A DNA stretch of 64,000 nucleotides from Octopus vulgaris (lineage: Eukaryota): positions 78,430,001 to 78,494,000 of the forward strand of contig OX597818.1 of NCBI GenBank assembly GCA_951406725.2, written 5' to 3'. A program made the position numbers and the translations under genes. This document shows, piece by piece, positions 1 to 11,461 of the stretch. Position 1 is the stretch's first letter; every line of letters starts with the position of its first letter. The notes under the pieces are model-generated. The model was not told the DNA's origin, did no database searches, and saw nothing but the letters and a program-made list of their open reading frames with translations.

Positions 1-290
1 TTTAAGCTCCGAATTTAAAGACGGACAAAATGCTGCAAAATACTTTGCAGCATTTTGTCCGGCGTGCTAACGGTTCTGCTGGCTAGCCGCCTTTAAAGGT
101 TTCTAATTTAGGTACAGCGCTCTTGAATAGTGGGGTTAAGTCAATACCATCGACTTCAGTACCTTGCATGTGCTGTATTTGATCGACGTTAGAAGGAAGA
201 AAGACAAAGTTGACTTCGGATGGAATTTGAACTGTAAAGACCAGGAACGGAAACCGTAAGGTATTTTGTCCGACTCTTTGACGATTCTTC
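1..290 (-). mobile_element. Degenerate SINE fragments (family A, tRNA-derived head)
   Basis: Matches the family at 9397-9795, 38345-38520 and 46570-46770 (ggcgtgctaacg..tctgc..gccgcct; aaagttgacttcgg..ggaatttgaact). Confidence 0.65.
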
Positions 291-373
291 CAGATGATAA
301 TGAAGTAATAATTGGTATGATGTGTAACATAAGTGCATGGCCTGAAAATTTTGATGGGACACTGAGGAAAGTA

Positions 374-837
374 CCGTAAATCTTCAAGTACAGTCCACCC
401 TTGAGTATAATACGCAGGGGATTTTTAGGGGGCTGTACCTCTGAAAAACCTAAACCTTGTGTACAATACGCACTCCTTCTCTAACTTGAATAGTGCGTAA
501 TTAAGCCAACAGCTGTTATATAGGAATATAAATATGTTTCCAAATTGTTTTTTGTTACATGTTATTCTGTGTTCTGACTACTTTTATTTTAATAAATGTT
601 GCTTACTGCAAGTTATGGATGATTCTTTTATGACTTCATTACTTTCAGGCTTACCTTAAGGTATTTTCGCGCCCGACATCACAAAATGCCTCTGAATAAA
701 CATTGCCGGACAGCAAATAGAGATTCTGACATTTCTAAGAAAATATTTTTCATTTTTAACCTCTTATATAGTACGCACTAGGTATTTTGACCTTGAAATT
801 TTGGGGGGAAATGCGGATTATACTCCAGGATTTACGG
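374..837. mobile_element. MITE, Tc1/mariner/pogo-type non-autonomous element with TA TSD
   Basis: Imperfect TIRs CCGTAAATCTTCAAGTACAGTCCAC and GCGGATTATACTCCAGGATTTACGG, flanked by TA at 372-373 and 838-839. The flanks rejoin into a family-A SINE remnant. Confidence 0.75.
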
Positions 838-993
838 TAGTCAATTAAATTAACCCAGGTTTAACTGGTACTCTATTTAATCAACACCCAGAGCGACGAA
901 AGGCAAAGTTGATCATTGCGGGATTTGAAAAAGAGACTAACTAAATACTACAAGAGGTATTTTGTCTAATTTTATGCAACGCGTTCTGCCAAT

Positions 994-1064
994 ACGACGA
1001 CGACGATGACGATGACAATGACGATGACGATGACGATGACGATGATGATGATGATGATGATGAC

Positions 1065-1095
<31 letters not shown>

Positions 1096-1260
1096 ACGAT
1101 GATGATGAAGACGAGAAGGACGACGTTGACGACGACAAAAATGACGCAGCGGGGTCCATGATGATGATTCCGACGTTGTTGATTGATATTGACAACGAAG
1201 ACTATAATGATAATGATGATGACAATTATGACGACGACGACGACGATGATCACGATGATA
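994..1260. repeat. (GAT/GAC)n trinucleotide microsatellite
   Basis: Direct reading; explains the poly-I/V and poly-D ORFs. Confidence 0.95.
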
Positions 1261-1388
1261 TTTTTGATTCCTGTTTCTTTCAAATGTTTGACTACTTGAA
1301 CTTACTCGACCACAGTGGAGTAGATATGAGCAATATTAGCAGGTGGTCATTTGATGAATAAGGATATTCAAAAACTTAGAAGAGCAAC

Positions 1389-1750
<362 letters not shown>

Positions 1751-2447
1751 GAATAAAGTTTTATTTTCTATGACGATTGATTTCTTTATCAGTAAACAGG
1801 ATAAAAAGAAAACTACCGAATTAATATTTCCTTTTTGTCTTATTCTATTTTATTTCTTTTTGTTTGTTTATCAAAGGGATCTGTTTTTTAAACTGAGAAG
1901 TTTAAATGATTCCAGCTGGAAGATTTTTCAGTGCACGTGTAACGATGGTTTAAGATAAGCACTATCTTTCTGTTAGCAAACAACAGGTTCTGATAAGCTA
2001 GGGAGGTCATAACGTAACATCACAAAAACCTATTGGTTTAATATTATTTGCTAATTGTTCTATTATTGCCACCAGTGTTTGTAAAAAAAAATAATGAAAG
2101 AATGAATGTTTCTGCGAGTAACCACAAAAAAACACTCGACTCAAGAACATACATCGATTTTCATCTTATTATTCAACCGAATAAATTTTTCATGGGATAG
2201 AGATGCGCAGTTATTAAATTAAAAAAGTATCTATGTGTCCGGGAATCTGAGCCCCCAAAAGGCATCGAGCATGATTATTTTGTATAAATTTAGATTAAAC
2301 TAAAGCAGGAGTTTTTCATTAACAACTACTGTTGAAATATAGAAGGGTGAATTAAGAAATAGCAAGAATTTCATTACATACCTTTTAGATTTGAAAGGAA
2401 TAGGTAAATGTATCATACACTGATTTTCACTAGCTAATACTGCACAT

Positions 2448-2966
2448 TGTAGAGGCGTGTGCTTAGTGGTTAGGGTGTTGAACTCATGATCGTAAGGTTG
2501 TGGTTTCGATTCCTGGACCGGGTGATGCGTTGTGTTCTTGAGCAAAACACTTCATTTTCACGTTGCTCCAGTCCACTCAGCCGGCAAAAAATGAGTAACC
2601 CTGCGACGGACCGGCGTCCCGTCCTGATGGGGAATTTCTACGCCACTGAAACCGGGAAACTGGCCCTTATGAGACTGGCATGGCTTGAGAAGGAACATTT
2701 TTGGTGGAGGCGCTTGGCTTAGTGATTAGGGTGTCAGCATCATGATCATAAAATTGTGGTTTCGATTCAAGGACCGGGCGACCCGTTGTGTTCTTGAGCA
2801 AAACACTTCGTTTCACGTTGCTCCAGTCCACTCAGCTGGCAAAAATGAGTAATCCTGCGACGGACCGGCGTCTCGTCCAGGTGGGGAACACATACGTCAT
2901 AGAAACCGGGAAACTGGGCCCATGAGCCTGGCTAGGCATTAAAAGGGCGCATTATTATTTTTTTAT
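2448..2966 (+). mobile_element. Head-to-tail pair of family-B SINEs within one 13-bp TSD
   Basis: Two copies with A-box (tggcttagtgg/gattagg) and B-box (gtttcgattc) plus core ttgtgttcttgagcaaaacactt. TSD TAATACTGCACAT at 2435-2447 and 2967-2979. Confidence 0.85.
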
Positions 2967-3069
2967 TAATACTGCACATAGATAAGTTAGCATAAACATG
3001 ATTTCATTCTAGATACCACTGTTTAATTATAAAGATGGCACTAAGAATTTTTTTAGCTGCCATTCAGAT

Positions 3070-3273
3070 GTAAGGGGTGCAGCCATGCTGGAGCATCGCC
3101 TTGGTGAACTTTAGTCGAACGACCTATTTTTAAAGTCTGATACTTATTCCATCGGTCTCTTTTGCCAAGTCGCTACGTTACGTAGATGTAAACACACCAA
3201 CACCGATTATGAAGCGGAGAACAAACACAAACACAAAGATACACACTCACATAGATGTATACACACAGACTCA

Positions 3274-3308
<35 letters not shown>

Positions 3309-3309
3309 T

Positions 3310-3340
<31 letters not shown>

Positions 3341-3925
3341 ACACACACACATATACTTTTATTCTTGCTTTTATTCTTTTACTTGCTTCAGTCATTTGAC
3401 TGTGGCCATGCTGGAGCACCGCCTTGAAGAATTGTAGTTGAACAAGCCTAGTATTTATGCTATCGTTCCCTTGGCCTAACCACTATGTTACGGAAACATA
3501 ACCATAACAACACCGGTTGTCAAGTGGTGATCGGGGGACAAATACAGACAGAAAGACATACAAACACACACACTAGTATATACATATATGTACACATATA
3601 CAACAGGCTTCTTTCAGTTTCCGTCTACCAAATCCACTCACAAAGCTTTGATCGGCCCGAGGCTATAGTAGAACACACTTGCCCAAGGTGTCACAGTGGG
3701 ACTGAACCCGGAGCCTTGTGGTTGAGAATCAAGCTTCTTACCACACAGTCACACCTGCGATTGTATATGACGGGCTTCTTTCGATTTCCCTCGACCAAAT
3801 CCACTCACAACCCATTGATCGACTCAAGGCTATATAAAATACTTGCCCGAGGCCCCATGTAGTGAGACTGAACCTGGAACTATGTGGTTGGGAAGGAAAC
3901 TTCTTACCTTACAGCCACACCAGCG
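3070..3925 (-). mobile_element. Cluster of family-D SINE fragments
   Basis: Reverse complement of 53911-54310 (gccatgctggagcaccgcc; acacttgcccaaggtg; cttaccacacagcc), with internal CA/CT tracts. Confidence 0.8.
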
Positions 3926-4346
3926 CATATAACTATTACTGTTTAAATATAAACGAATAAGAAGGGTACCAGGTATTTGACTAGTATTTCAGATTTAAGG
4001 AATAGACAGAGGTAGCAGACAGGGATTTCACAAGCTAGTAATATTTTTATATATAAAGAGAGTTAGAATAAGAGGGCACCGAAGATTTCATTAGCTACCA
4101 TTTAGTAAAGTGCATTTAACAACGATCACATATCTTATAACTGAAAGGTAAACAGGGTAGACACCATTACTGTGTTACTCGAGACTCGTAGCAACTGTAT
4201 AAATAAAATGTATAAATGACTTGCTCTGGATGTGTGTTTGAGATCAATTTTATTACATCATCGATTGCTCATTATTGAAACGGGGATCATAACCACAATA
4301 CTTTAGATCATAGTCGTGCTCTGTTAGGGTTTACTAGAGACTGAAT

Positions 4347-4382
<36 letters not shown>

Positions 4383-4419
4383 CGCACACACATTTCTCTG
4401 TGTGCGCATATATATATCA

Positions 4420-4705
4420 CCGTGATCACCGTGACCGGTGATGTTGCTACACATCGCTGGTTACAATGCGCTTCGCATTATTTTAGCCTTCAAATGACAC
4501 CACCCCGCTTGCTAAGCGAGCAGGCCAACAGAAGAAAGAGTGAGAGAAAGTTGTGGTGAAAAAGTACAGCAGGGATCGCCACCAACCCCTGCCGGAGCCT
4601 CGTGGAGCTTTAGGTATTTTCGCTCAATAAATACTCACAACGCCCGGTCTGGGAATCGAAACCGCAAGTCCGCGGCCCTAACCACTGGGCCATTGCGCCT
4701 CCACG
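4420..4705 (-). mobile_element. Family-C SINE
   Basis: Minus-strand head ggaggcgcaatggcccagtggttaggg..gtttcgattcccagaccgggcg; near-identical body at 43797-44095. Confidence 0.85.
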
Positions 4706-4746
4706 CATATATATATATATATATTAAATTGGGGAAGGCCGGTTTA

Positions 4747-4809
4747 TGGGATTACCTTAGGTTTCCCCTCCATAAAGTGTTTAGCTTTATGGCATATCGT
4801 CAGATCCCA
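4747..4809 (-). ncRNA. Type I hammerhead ribozyme motif (PLE-associated)
   Basis: Minus strand: UGGGAU CUGACGA uaug-CCAUAAAG-cuaaaca-CUUUAUGG-aggg GAAAC CUAAG GUA AUCCCA. Perfect 6-bp stem I, 8-bp upper stem II with a mismatched base, stem III ACC/GGU. Confidence 0.75.
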
Positions 4810-4984
4810 GAACCTGTTGGCCCAAGGCCTCTTTAAAATAAGGGGGAAATGCCTCACCACCAACTCCAGCGACACCAGCATAAATAATCCCAGCTTCAAT
4901 AACAACGATGACGGCGGCAGCAACAACAGCGAAACCAGAAGATACAGACGCAGCGCCGACAACACCCGCGCACAGATATACATG

Positions 4985-5500
4985 GCTGATTTCTGTTTCT
5001 AGTGTATGGAGGATGGTTGGGGGTGGTTTGTGGGTTGTTCGGTTTTTCTTTTTTATTTCTTGTTATTTTCTTTAGAAAGGGATTATCTGTACCCAATTCA
5101 TTTTTGAAAATTGACGCATATCTTTGGAAGAAATCGTTGCTTTTTTCCAGCGTAGGAGAGAATTTCTTTCTTCCTTTTCACAGATTTCTTTCCAATGATT
5201 TATGGTATTTTCGAGGGGTTGTCCCTCGGTTCATTTCTGTATTTCACTATGCATCTCCTCGTCGATGTTTTAATATTTTTCCTCGTTAGTGGAGGCCCTA
5301 AGTTTTAGTAATTCTATCTCTGATTTTAAATTGAATAGAGCTGACCTTTCCCTAATAGTTCTCTGTCCGTCAGGTTCGTTGGGTATTATTTTGATCTGGA
5401 ATTTGCGTGGGAGGATAATTGGTGTTGAGTTCATCCATCCCTCGTATACAACTGCTTTGTTGGAATTTTTTATCATATTCCAGAAGGCGAGTTTTCTATT
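4985..5500 (-). pseudogene. Probable N-terminal fragment of a Penelope-like ORF, inverted relative to the adjacent 3' fragment
   Basis: ORF 5270..5521 (PRKFQIKIIPNE..RERSALFNLKSEIELLKLR) continues with frameshifts into a basic N/P-rich tract and abuts the plus-strand PLE piece at about 5500. PLE assignment is inference from context. Confidence 0.45.
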
Positions 5501-6642
5501 GTGCAAGAAGGATATGCACAATAGTGTCGGAACAAAATACCAGGAACTTTAGACTACAAGAACTCAAAAACACCCTAATTGACAGACACTACCCAGCTCA
5601 ACTCATAGAGGATGGGATCAGACGTGCAACAGAAATCGACATAGAAACTTTGAGAAAAGTTCAACACAACACACCTTCCCCGAAAATACTGCCTTACATA
5701 ACCACATACAACCCCAGAAACAAAGAAGCCTTCACCATCATCACCCAGAATTTACCAATACTTCATAAGGACCCCAAATTAAAGGAAATTCTAAACATAC
5801 ATAAAATCATTAAAAGCTACAAACAACCTAAATCACTTAAAAAGATTCTCACAAAGGCAAAATTGTTTTCTGAAATTACGGATGCAAAAGTAAACAAATG
5901 TGGTAGACCAAACTGCGCAACATGCCCAAACCTTCTAGAAGGATCAGAATTCCTTTTCAAAGAGGGACAAAAATTCAAGATCAGATCTAATTTTACTTGT
6001 GCTTCTAAAAACATAATTTATGTCATAAGGTGCTCGGGCTGCCACCAAAACTACGTGGGGTCCACGGGACTATCACTCAGACATAGATGCACTCTGCATC
6101 GACAACAGATTGCATTCCCAGAATACAGAATGATACCCTTTAGTGAGCATATTGAGAAATGCGCAAAGCACTACTACCACAATTTTTAATCTTTCCATTC
6201 TATCAATGTGCTATTGGAACACCAATACAAATTAGATTAAACAAGGAAACATTCTTCATTGAAAAATATAAGCCCAAACTTAACCATTCTAACATTCTTA
6301 TACAGAGAAACTCACCCCATTAAATAAAGGGAAAAGAAATATAAAGCGATTATCTCCCTTACACCGGAAGAAATCACTTATTACCTCCCCTTACCTGGAA
6401 CTCTTCTTTACACTTCATAACGAAATCATAACACAATGTTTTGAGAAATTTGAAAAGTTAACACGAAACCGGTAATTTCTTCAAAAAGTATGTCACTGTA
6501 TGAAAAAAATTTATAACATTCTTCTGACATAATGACTCAAATATATATTTTTTAACCTTCTAAAACAAGCCTTCTGTAGTTTTTTCACTCTTTACTATTT
6601 TCTATATATCCAACAAAGTGCTTTCACACACCAACTTTCTCA

Positions 6643-6645
<3 letters not shown>
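5500..6645 (+). mobile_element. Penelope-like element 3' part: RT thumb, Cys-rich linker, GIY-YIG endonuclease and pLTR (Neptune-like)
   Basis: ARRICTIVS..RHYP..LPYITTYNPRN; KCGRPNCATC; NFTCASKNIIYVIRCSGCHQNYVGST..RCTLH..SEHIEKC. Frameshift near 6175; homologous to 18793-19620; ends in (TA)n. Confidence 0.9.
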
Positions 6646-6683
<38 letters not shown>

Positions 6684-6689
6684 TCTTTA

Positions 6690-6910
6690 CTCTTTACTCC
6701 TTTACTGTTTTACTTGTTTCAGTCATTTGACCGTGGCCATACTGGAGCACCGCCTTTAGTCGAGCAAATAGACCTCAGTACTTATACTTTGTAAGCCTAG
6801 TACTTATTCTATCGGTCTCTTTTGCCGAACCGCTATGTTACGGGGACGTAAACACACCAGCATCGGTTGTCAAGCGATGTTGGGAGGACAAACACAGACA
6901 CACAAACACA
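6690..6910 (-). mobile_element. Family-D SINE 3' half
   Basis: tacttgtttcagtcatttgac..ggagcaccgcc..tttgccgaaccgcta, as in the other family-D copies. Confidence 0.85.
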
Positions 6911-6919
6911 TACTTTATC

Positions 6920-9900
6920 CTCAAAAATTGGAATTTTGGATTTGACCGAATAAGATGATGTGGATGATCGGAGCAGCGGTGGAGATAAATGTGGGATGAG
7001 TGGATTTGCAAAATAATTCTGTCACTATTCTGCCTCTAGAAAACTTGACTTTTGTGTCCATAAATTCAATGCTAGTTTTTGAAATACTAGACGTAAATTT
7101 TATGTTGGACTTAAAGCCATAGTTTCTAGCATAACAGTCACAGAAATGCAAGAAGTCCATTAAACTATCCTGTGATCATTCCCAGACAAAAAATACGTCA
7201 TCAATGAACCGTAACCAGAGTATTGGTTCATGACCATGAAGGGGTTTGAATGTCTTCAGTAGCTGCATCTTGAATTTCGTCATGAAGATATTAGCGAAAT
7301 TAACTGCCATGGGGTGTCCACGGCGCAACCCTTTGTCTGGTGGTAAAATCTTTGTCTAAACTTCATTGTGTTACTTTCTAACACAAACCTCAATAATCTA
7401 CAGAGAAAATTTGATGGAATACTTTTGTTTGACCGCTTTTCGAAGGCATCCATACATACTTCTACCCCTTCATTGTGGTTAATATTGGGATATAATGAAG
7501 AAATATCAATGGTTTCCAAAAATACAGTTCTTAATACGGCCTCGGGGCTTAAAAAAGTTGCTTTTAGATACAAATTAAAGGTATCTCGAATTTAGGAACT
7601 TGATTGTTTTGCGACGGGGAGTAGAAAGCCATGCAGCCATTCCGAAATTTTTGCCGTGCAACATCCATATCTGCTGCAAATTGGGCGCATTGGAGGAAAT
7701 CTTTCGAACTTTTTGTGCATTTTAGGGAGACCATAAAATACAGGTGTCCTTTCTGACCGTAAAATCCTAGTTTCGGCCTTATTAACGAAATTGTTTTCTC
7801 CCATTTCCAGAATTATTTTGTCAAGTTCCTCTCTGTAATTGAGGTTTGAATCAACAGGTAATTCTTCATATGAAGTTTTGTCATTTAAAACTTCTTCACA
7901 AGCCGAAATATACTCACATTTGTCCATAATTACGATAGCGCCTCCCTTATCCGCCATTTTAATAACATTAGAATCTTTATTAGCTAGACGTCGGAGTGCG
8001 TAACGTTGGGAGTTTGTGAGGTTATTCCAGGACTTCTTTCTACTTGATTAAGGCTTTCTATAATGCCTGTCTGACAAGATTCAAGAAATTCCAGTAGTGC
8101 TTGTGAACGTCTATCCCGAACTTTATCTGGATACCAATTGGGATTGTTTTCAATCCAGTTACGCCAGATTCTATCATCGTTTTTATTTTCAGTAAGCATG
8201 GGGTTTTCTGACTCCTCGTTATCAGTTTTTTTCAAAAAAATATTCTTTCAGCTTGTGAAGTCGGACAAACTGAAATAGCCCTTGAGCTAGTTTAGTCTTG
8301 TCGAAATTCTTAGTGCTTGGACAAAAACTCAGTCCAAGCTCCATGACTGAGACATCGTCGGGCACAAGTTTTAGTTTAGATAAATTTATGACCGACTTAT
8401 TCTCTAGTGTGATGGTTTTTCTCGGGCAAGTGGTTTTCAGAGTGTTACTCTCATTAGATTTCTGACTACGTTTTGGGCTTTGCTCAAAATCTTCACTTAA
8501 AACACGAAACCTACTGGGTGATAAAATTTGTTCTGAATTTTCATGTGAGAAGCTATAATTTTTAGTCGTCTTTCTAGGGGTAATCCATTTCTGGGTGGGC
8601 GATAGAAAGTGAGTGACTTCTGTGGTTTTTGTAGACATTTGGAAAACCTTTACTTTCGGGAAAGGAACAAATTTATTGTTTTTGAGGCAAAATCTTAAAT
8701 GTGCTCGCATTTTTGACTGATCAAATAAAAACTTCTCTGGAGCGTTTCCAATGACTAGTTCAAATGCATACGCCAGGGCAAAAGGCCACAATTATATGTG
8801 CCAACTTGGGGATTAATTATATGAACTTGTTGAATTGTAGGAACAATGTTTGTTTGTGGTGAATACAATGTTGTTATTTGTGCCATTAGTTCCTGCGAAA
8901 CTGGTAAGTTCAAACTGTCATAAATATAAACATCTCCGAAAAAATTAGTTGACAAAACAAAATGATTGTTCCTAGTGTGATGAATGAACAGTTTGCGGTG
9001 TGGATGAGAAATTCTGTGTGAGAAAAGAATGGTTGGTTGTATTGGAATTTCTAGAAAATTTTCCGCTGCGATTTTCAACCCGGCGTCAATGAGTTTATCA
9101 CATAACATTTGTCCTGAAAGTAAAAACGACTTCTCATATTTCAAAGCAAATTTTCTCAACCGAAATGTTCCCTTGTCCACTGGCTCAGGGAAATGGGAAA
9201 TCAGCTTCTTTTCTTTCTTTTTTTTTTTATCTTCGAGGCCGAAATTTCCTTTTTTTTCAAAGTTCGTCAAACAGTTGTACAAAAAGTTCAAACGATTTTT
9301 AGAACATACCTTTTTAAGGACGCTCGAAATCTCCTTAATGTCTGCACCAAGCAGTATTAATTTTGAACGATAGTGATAAATAATAGCTTCCATTATATTT
9401 CTTTATTGCCCACAAGGGGCTAAACATAGAAGGGACAAACAAGGACAGACAAAGGGATTAAGTCGATTACATCTACTCCAGTGTGTAACTGGTACTTATT
9501 TAATCGACCTCGAAAGGATGAAAGGCAAAGTCGACCTCGGCGGAATTTGAACTCAGAACGTAGCGGCAGACGAAATGCCAATTTCTTTACTACCCACAAG
9601 GGGCTAAACACAGAGAGGACAAACAAGGACAGACAAAGGGATTAAGTCGATTACATCTACTCCAGTGTGTAACTGGTACTTATTTAATCGACCTCGAAAG
9701 GATGAAAGGCAAAGTCGACCTCGGCGGAATTTGAACTCAGAACGTAGCGGCAGACGAAATATCGCTAAGTATTTCGCCCGGCGTGCTAACGATTCAGCTT
9801 CCATTATGTTAAATGAATTGCTCTCACCAATTAATTTAAACTTTTGAAGCAATGAATTGTCAAGCTTTGATGCACAGATTGGTATATTTGATGTAAGACC

Positions 9901-10233
9901 ATCCGGTATAACTTTTTCTTGTTTGCATGTTTCCAGAAATGATAGATGGCTCTTGACTTTAGCACGAAAACGATTAAGTTTTTTCACAGATAGAAATGTC
10001 GATTTCTCAATTTCTGATTCATATTTGAATGGTACAAATTCCATTGGCCCAGGATTGGGTTCAACGCTGGGGTCTAGCGAAACTAACAGGGCTAACAAGC
10101 CAACTGTAAGAGGGAAAAAAATGCAAAAGCTATAATTTACATTACGATTTTCCTTAGACACCCGGCTGCTTTGGTAACTTCCAGAATTTCTATATGATCC
10201 AATTCTTATTCTGTGTACCATAAAATCAATCAT
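6920..10233 (-). mobile_element. Penelope-like retroelement (frameshifted, 3'-truncated) encoding 2A-like peptide, Ulp1/C48-like protease and PLE RT
   Basis: RT motifs in order: VINLS..ELGLSFCP, ADKGGAIVIMD, PVFYGLPKMHK, PMRPICS, IDISSLYPNI, FYHQTKGCA, WLRFIDDVFF, IEFMD. Upstream: HLSFLETC..VIPDGL, DPSVEPNPGP (10045-10074), and protease motifs NHFV/YDSL/PQVG/NCG (8657-9117). No GIY-YIG because the copy is truncated at 6920. Confidence 0.88.
9397..9795 (-). mobile_element. Family-A SINE with internal tandem duplication (about 184 bp), inserted in the PLE ORF
   Basis: 12-bp TSD AGCTTCCATTAT at 9385-9396 and 9796-9807. Removing the insert restores the frame ..SFNIMEA|IIYHYRSK.. Confidence 0.92.
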
Positions 10234-10289
10234 CTCAATCTACTTTTAAATTATATATTTTCAAATTAATTTTCGTTAAATTACTCTGA

Positions 10290-11459
10290 CTTTATATATC
10301 ATTTTAAAGCCCGTTTTTCGCTCTATCTAATAGGTCATTTTTTCCGGAACGTTGAATACAACATGGACAAAAAGCAAATTCGCATAATTTTCTTATTCCA
10401 GTTCAAGCTAGGTCGAAAAGCTGCTAAAACAGCTCGCGATATCAACGATGTGTTTGGCCCAGGAACCACTAATGAACGTACAGCACAATGGTGGCTCAAG
10501 AAATTTCGTAGCTGTGACGAGAGTCTTGAAGACGATAAGCGTAGTGGTCGGCCATCGGATGTTAACAACTATCAACTAAGAGCCTTAGTTGAAGCCAATC
10601 CACGCCCAACTGTTCGAGAGCTTGCTTCTGAATTAGACGTAACGTATACGACAATTTCCAACCACTTGAAAGAGACTGGAAAAACAAAAATACTTGAGAA
10701 ATAGGTGCCGGACGAATTGAACGACAACCCAAAAAAAAAACGCCATTTTGAAGTGTCGTCTTCCCTTATTTTACGCAACAAGAACGACCCGTTTCTCGAC
10801 CGGATTGTGACGTGCGATGAAAAGTAGATTCTTTACGACAACCGGCGACGTTCAGCTCAGTGGTTGGACGCCGACGAAGCTCCACGGCACTTCCCGAAGC
10901 CAAAGTTGCATCAGATGAATGTCATGGTGATTGTTTGGTGATCTGTGGCAGGTCTCATCCATAACAGCTTTTTGGATCCAGGCGAAACCATTACGGCGGA
11001 GGAGTACTGTCAGCAAATGAATGAAATGCATAAGAAACTCCAACAACAGCCAGCATTGGTCACTAGAAAAGGACCAATTCTTCTCCACGATAACGCTCGG
11101 TCGCACGTCGCACAACTGACCCTGTAGAAGTTGAACGAATTGGGCTACGAAACTCTACCTCATTCGCCATACTCACCAGACCTCTCATCTACCGACTTCC
11201 ACTTCTTCAAGCATCTCGACGGCTTCTTGCGTGAGAAATGCTTCAAAAACCAAGTCGATGCCAAACACGGGTTCAACGACTTCATCGCCAACAGAATGCA
11301 GGATTTTTACGCTACAGGCACAAATAAACTTGTTTCGCATTGGCAAAAATATGTCAGTTCTGACAGTGTTAATTTCGACTAATAAAATTTTGTTTGAGCC
11401 GAGATATGTGCATCTGAATTGAAAGGTTAAAAACCACCAGAACTTTCTTGACAACTTAA
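10290..11459 (+). mobile_element. Mariner transposon fossil (DD34D, Hsmar1/cecropia-like); transposase pseudogene 10363-11382
   Basis: MDKKQIRIIFLFQFKLGRKAA..NERTAQWW..RSGRPS; IVTCDEK*ILYDN; LLHDNARSH; YSPDLSSTDFHFFK, with several stops. Right end aactttcttgacaacttaa+TA; left TIR not seen. Confidence 0.93.
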
Positions 11460-11461
11460 TA

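Noticed and set aside
10363-11382. SETMAR gene
   Set aside because: No SET domain, multiple stops and a TIR present; this is a mariner fossil.
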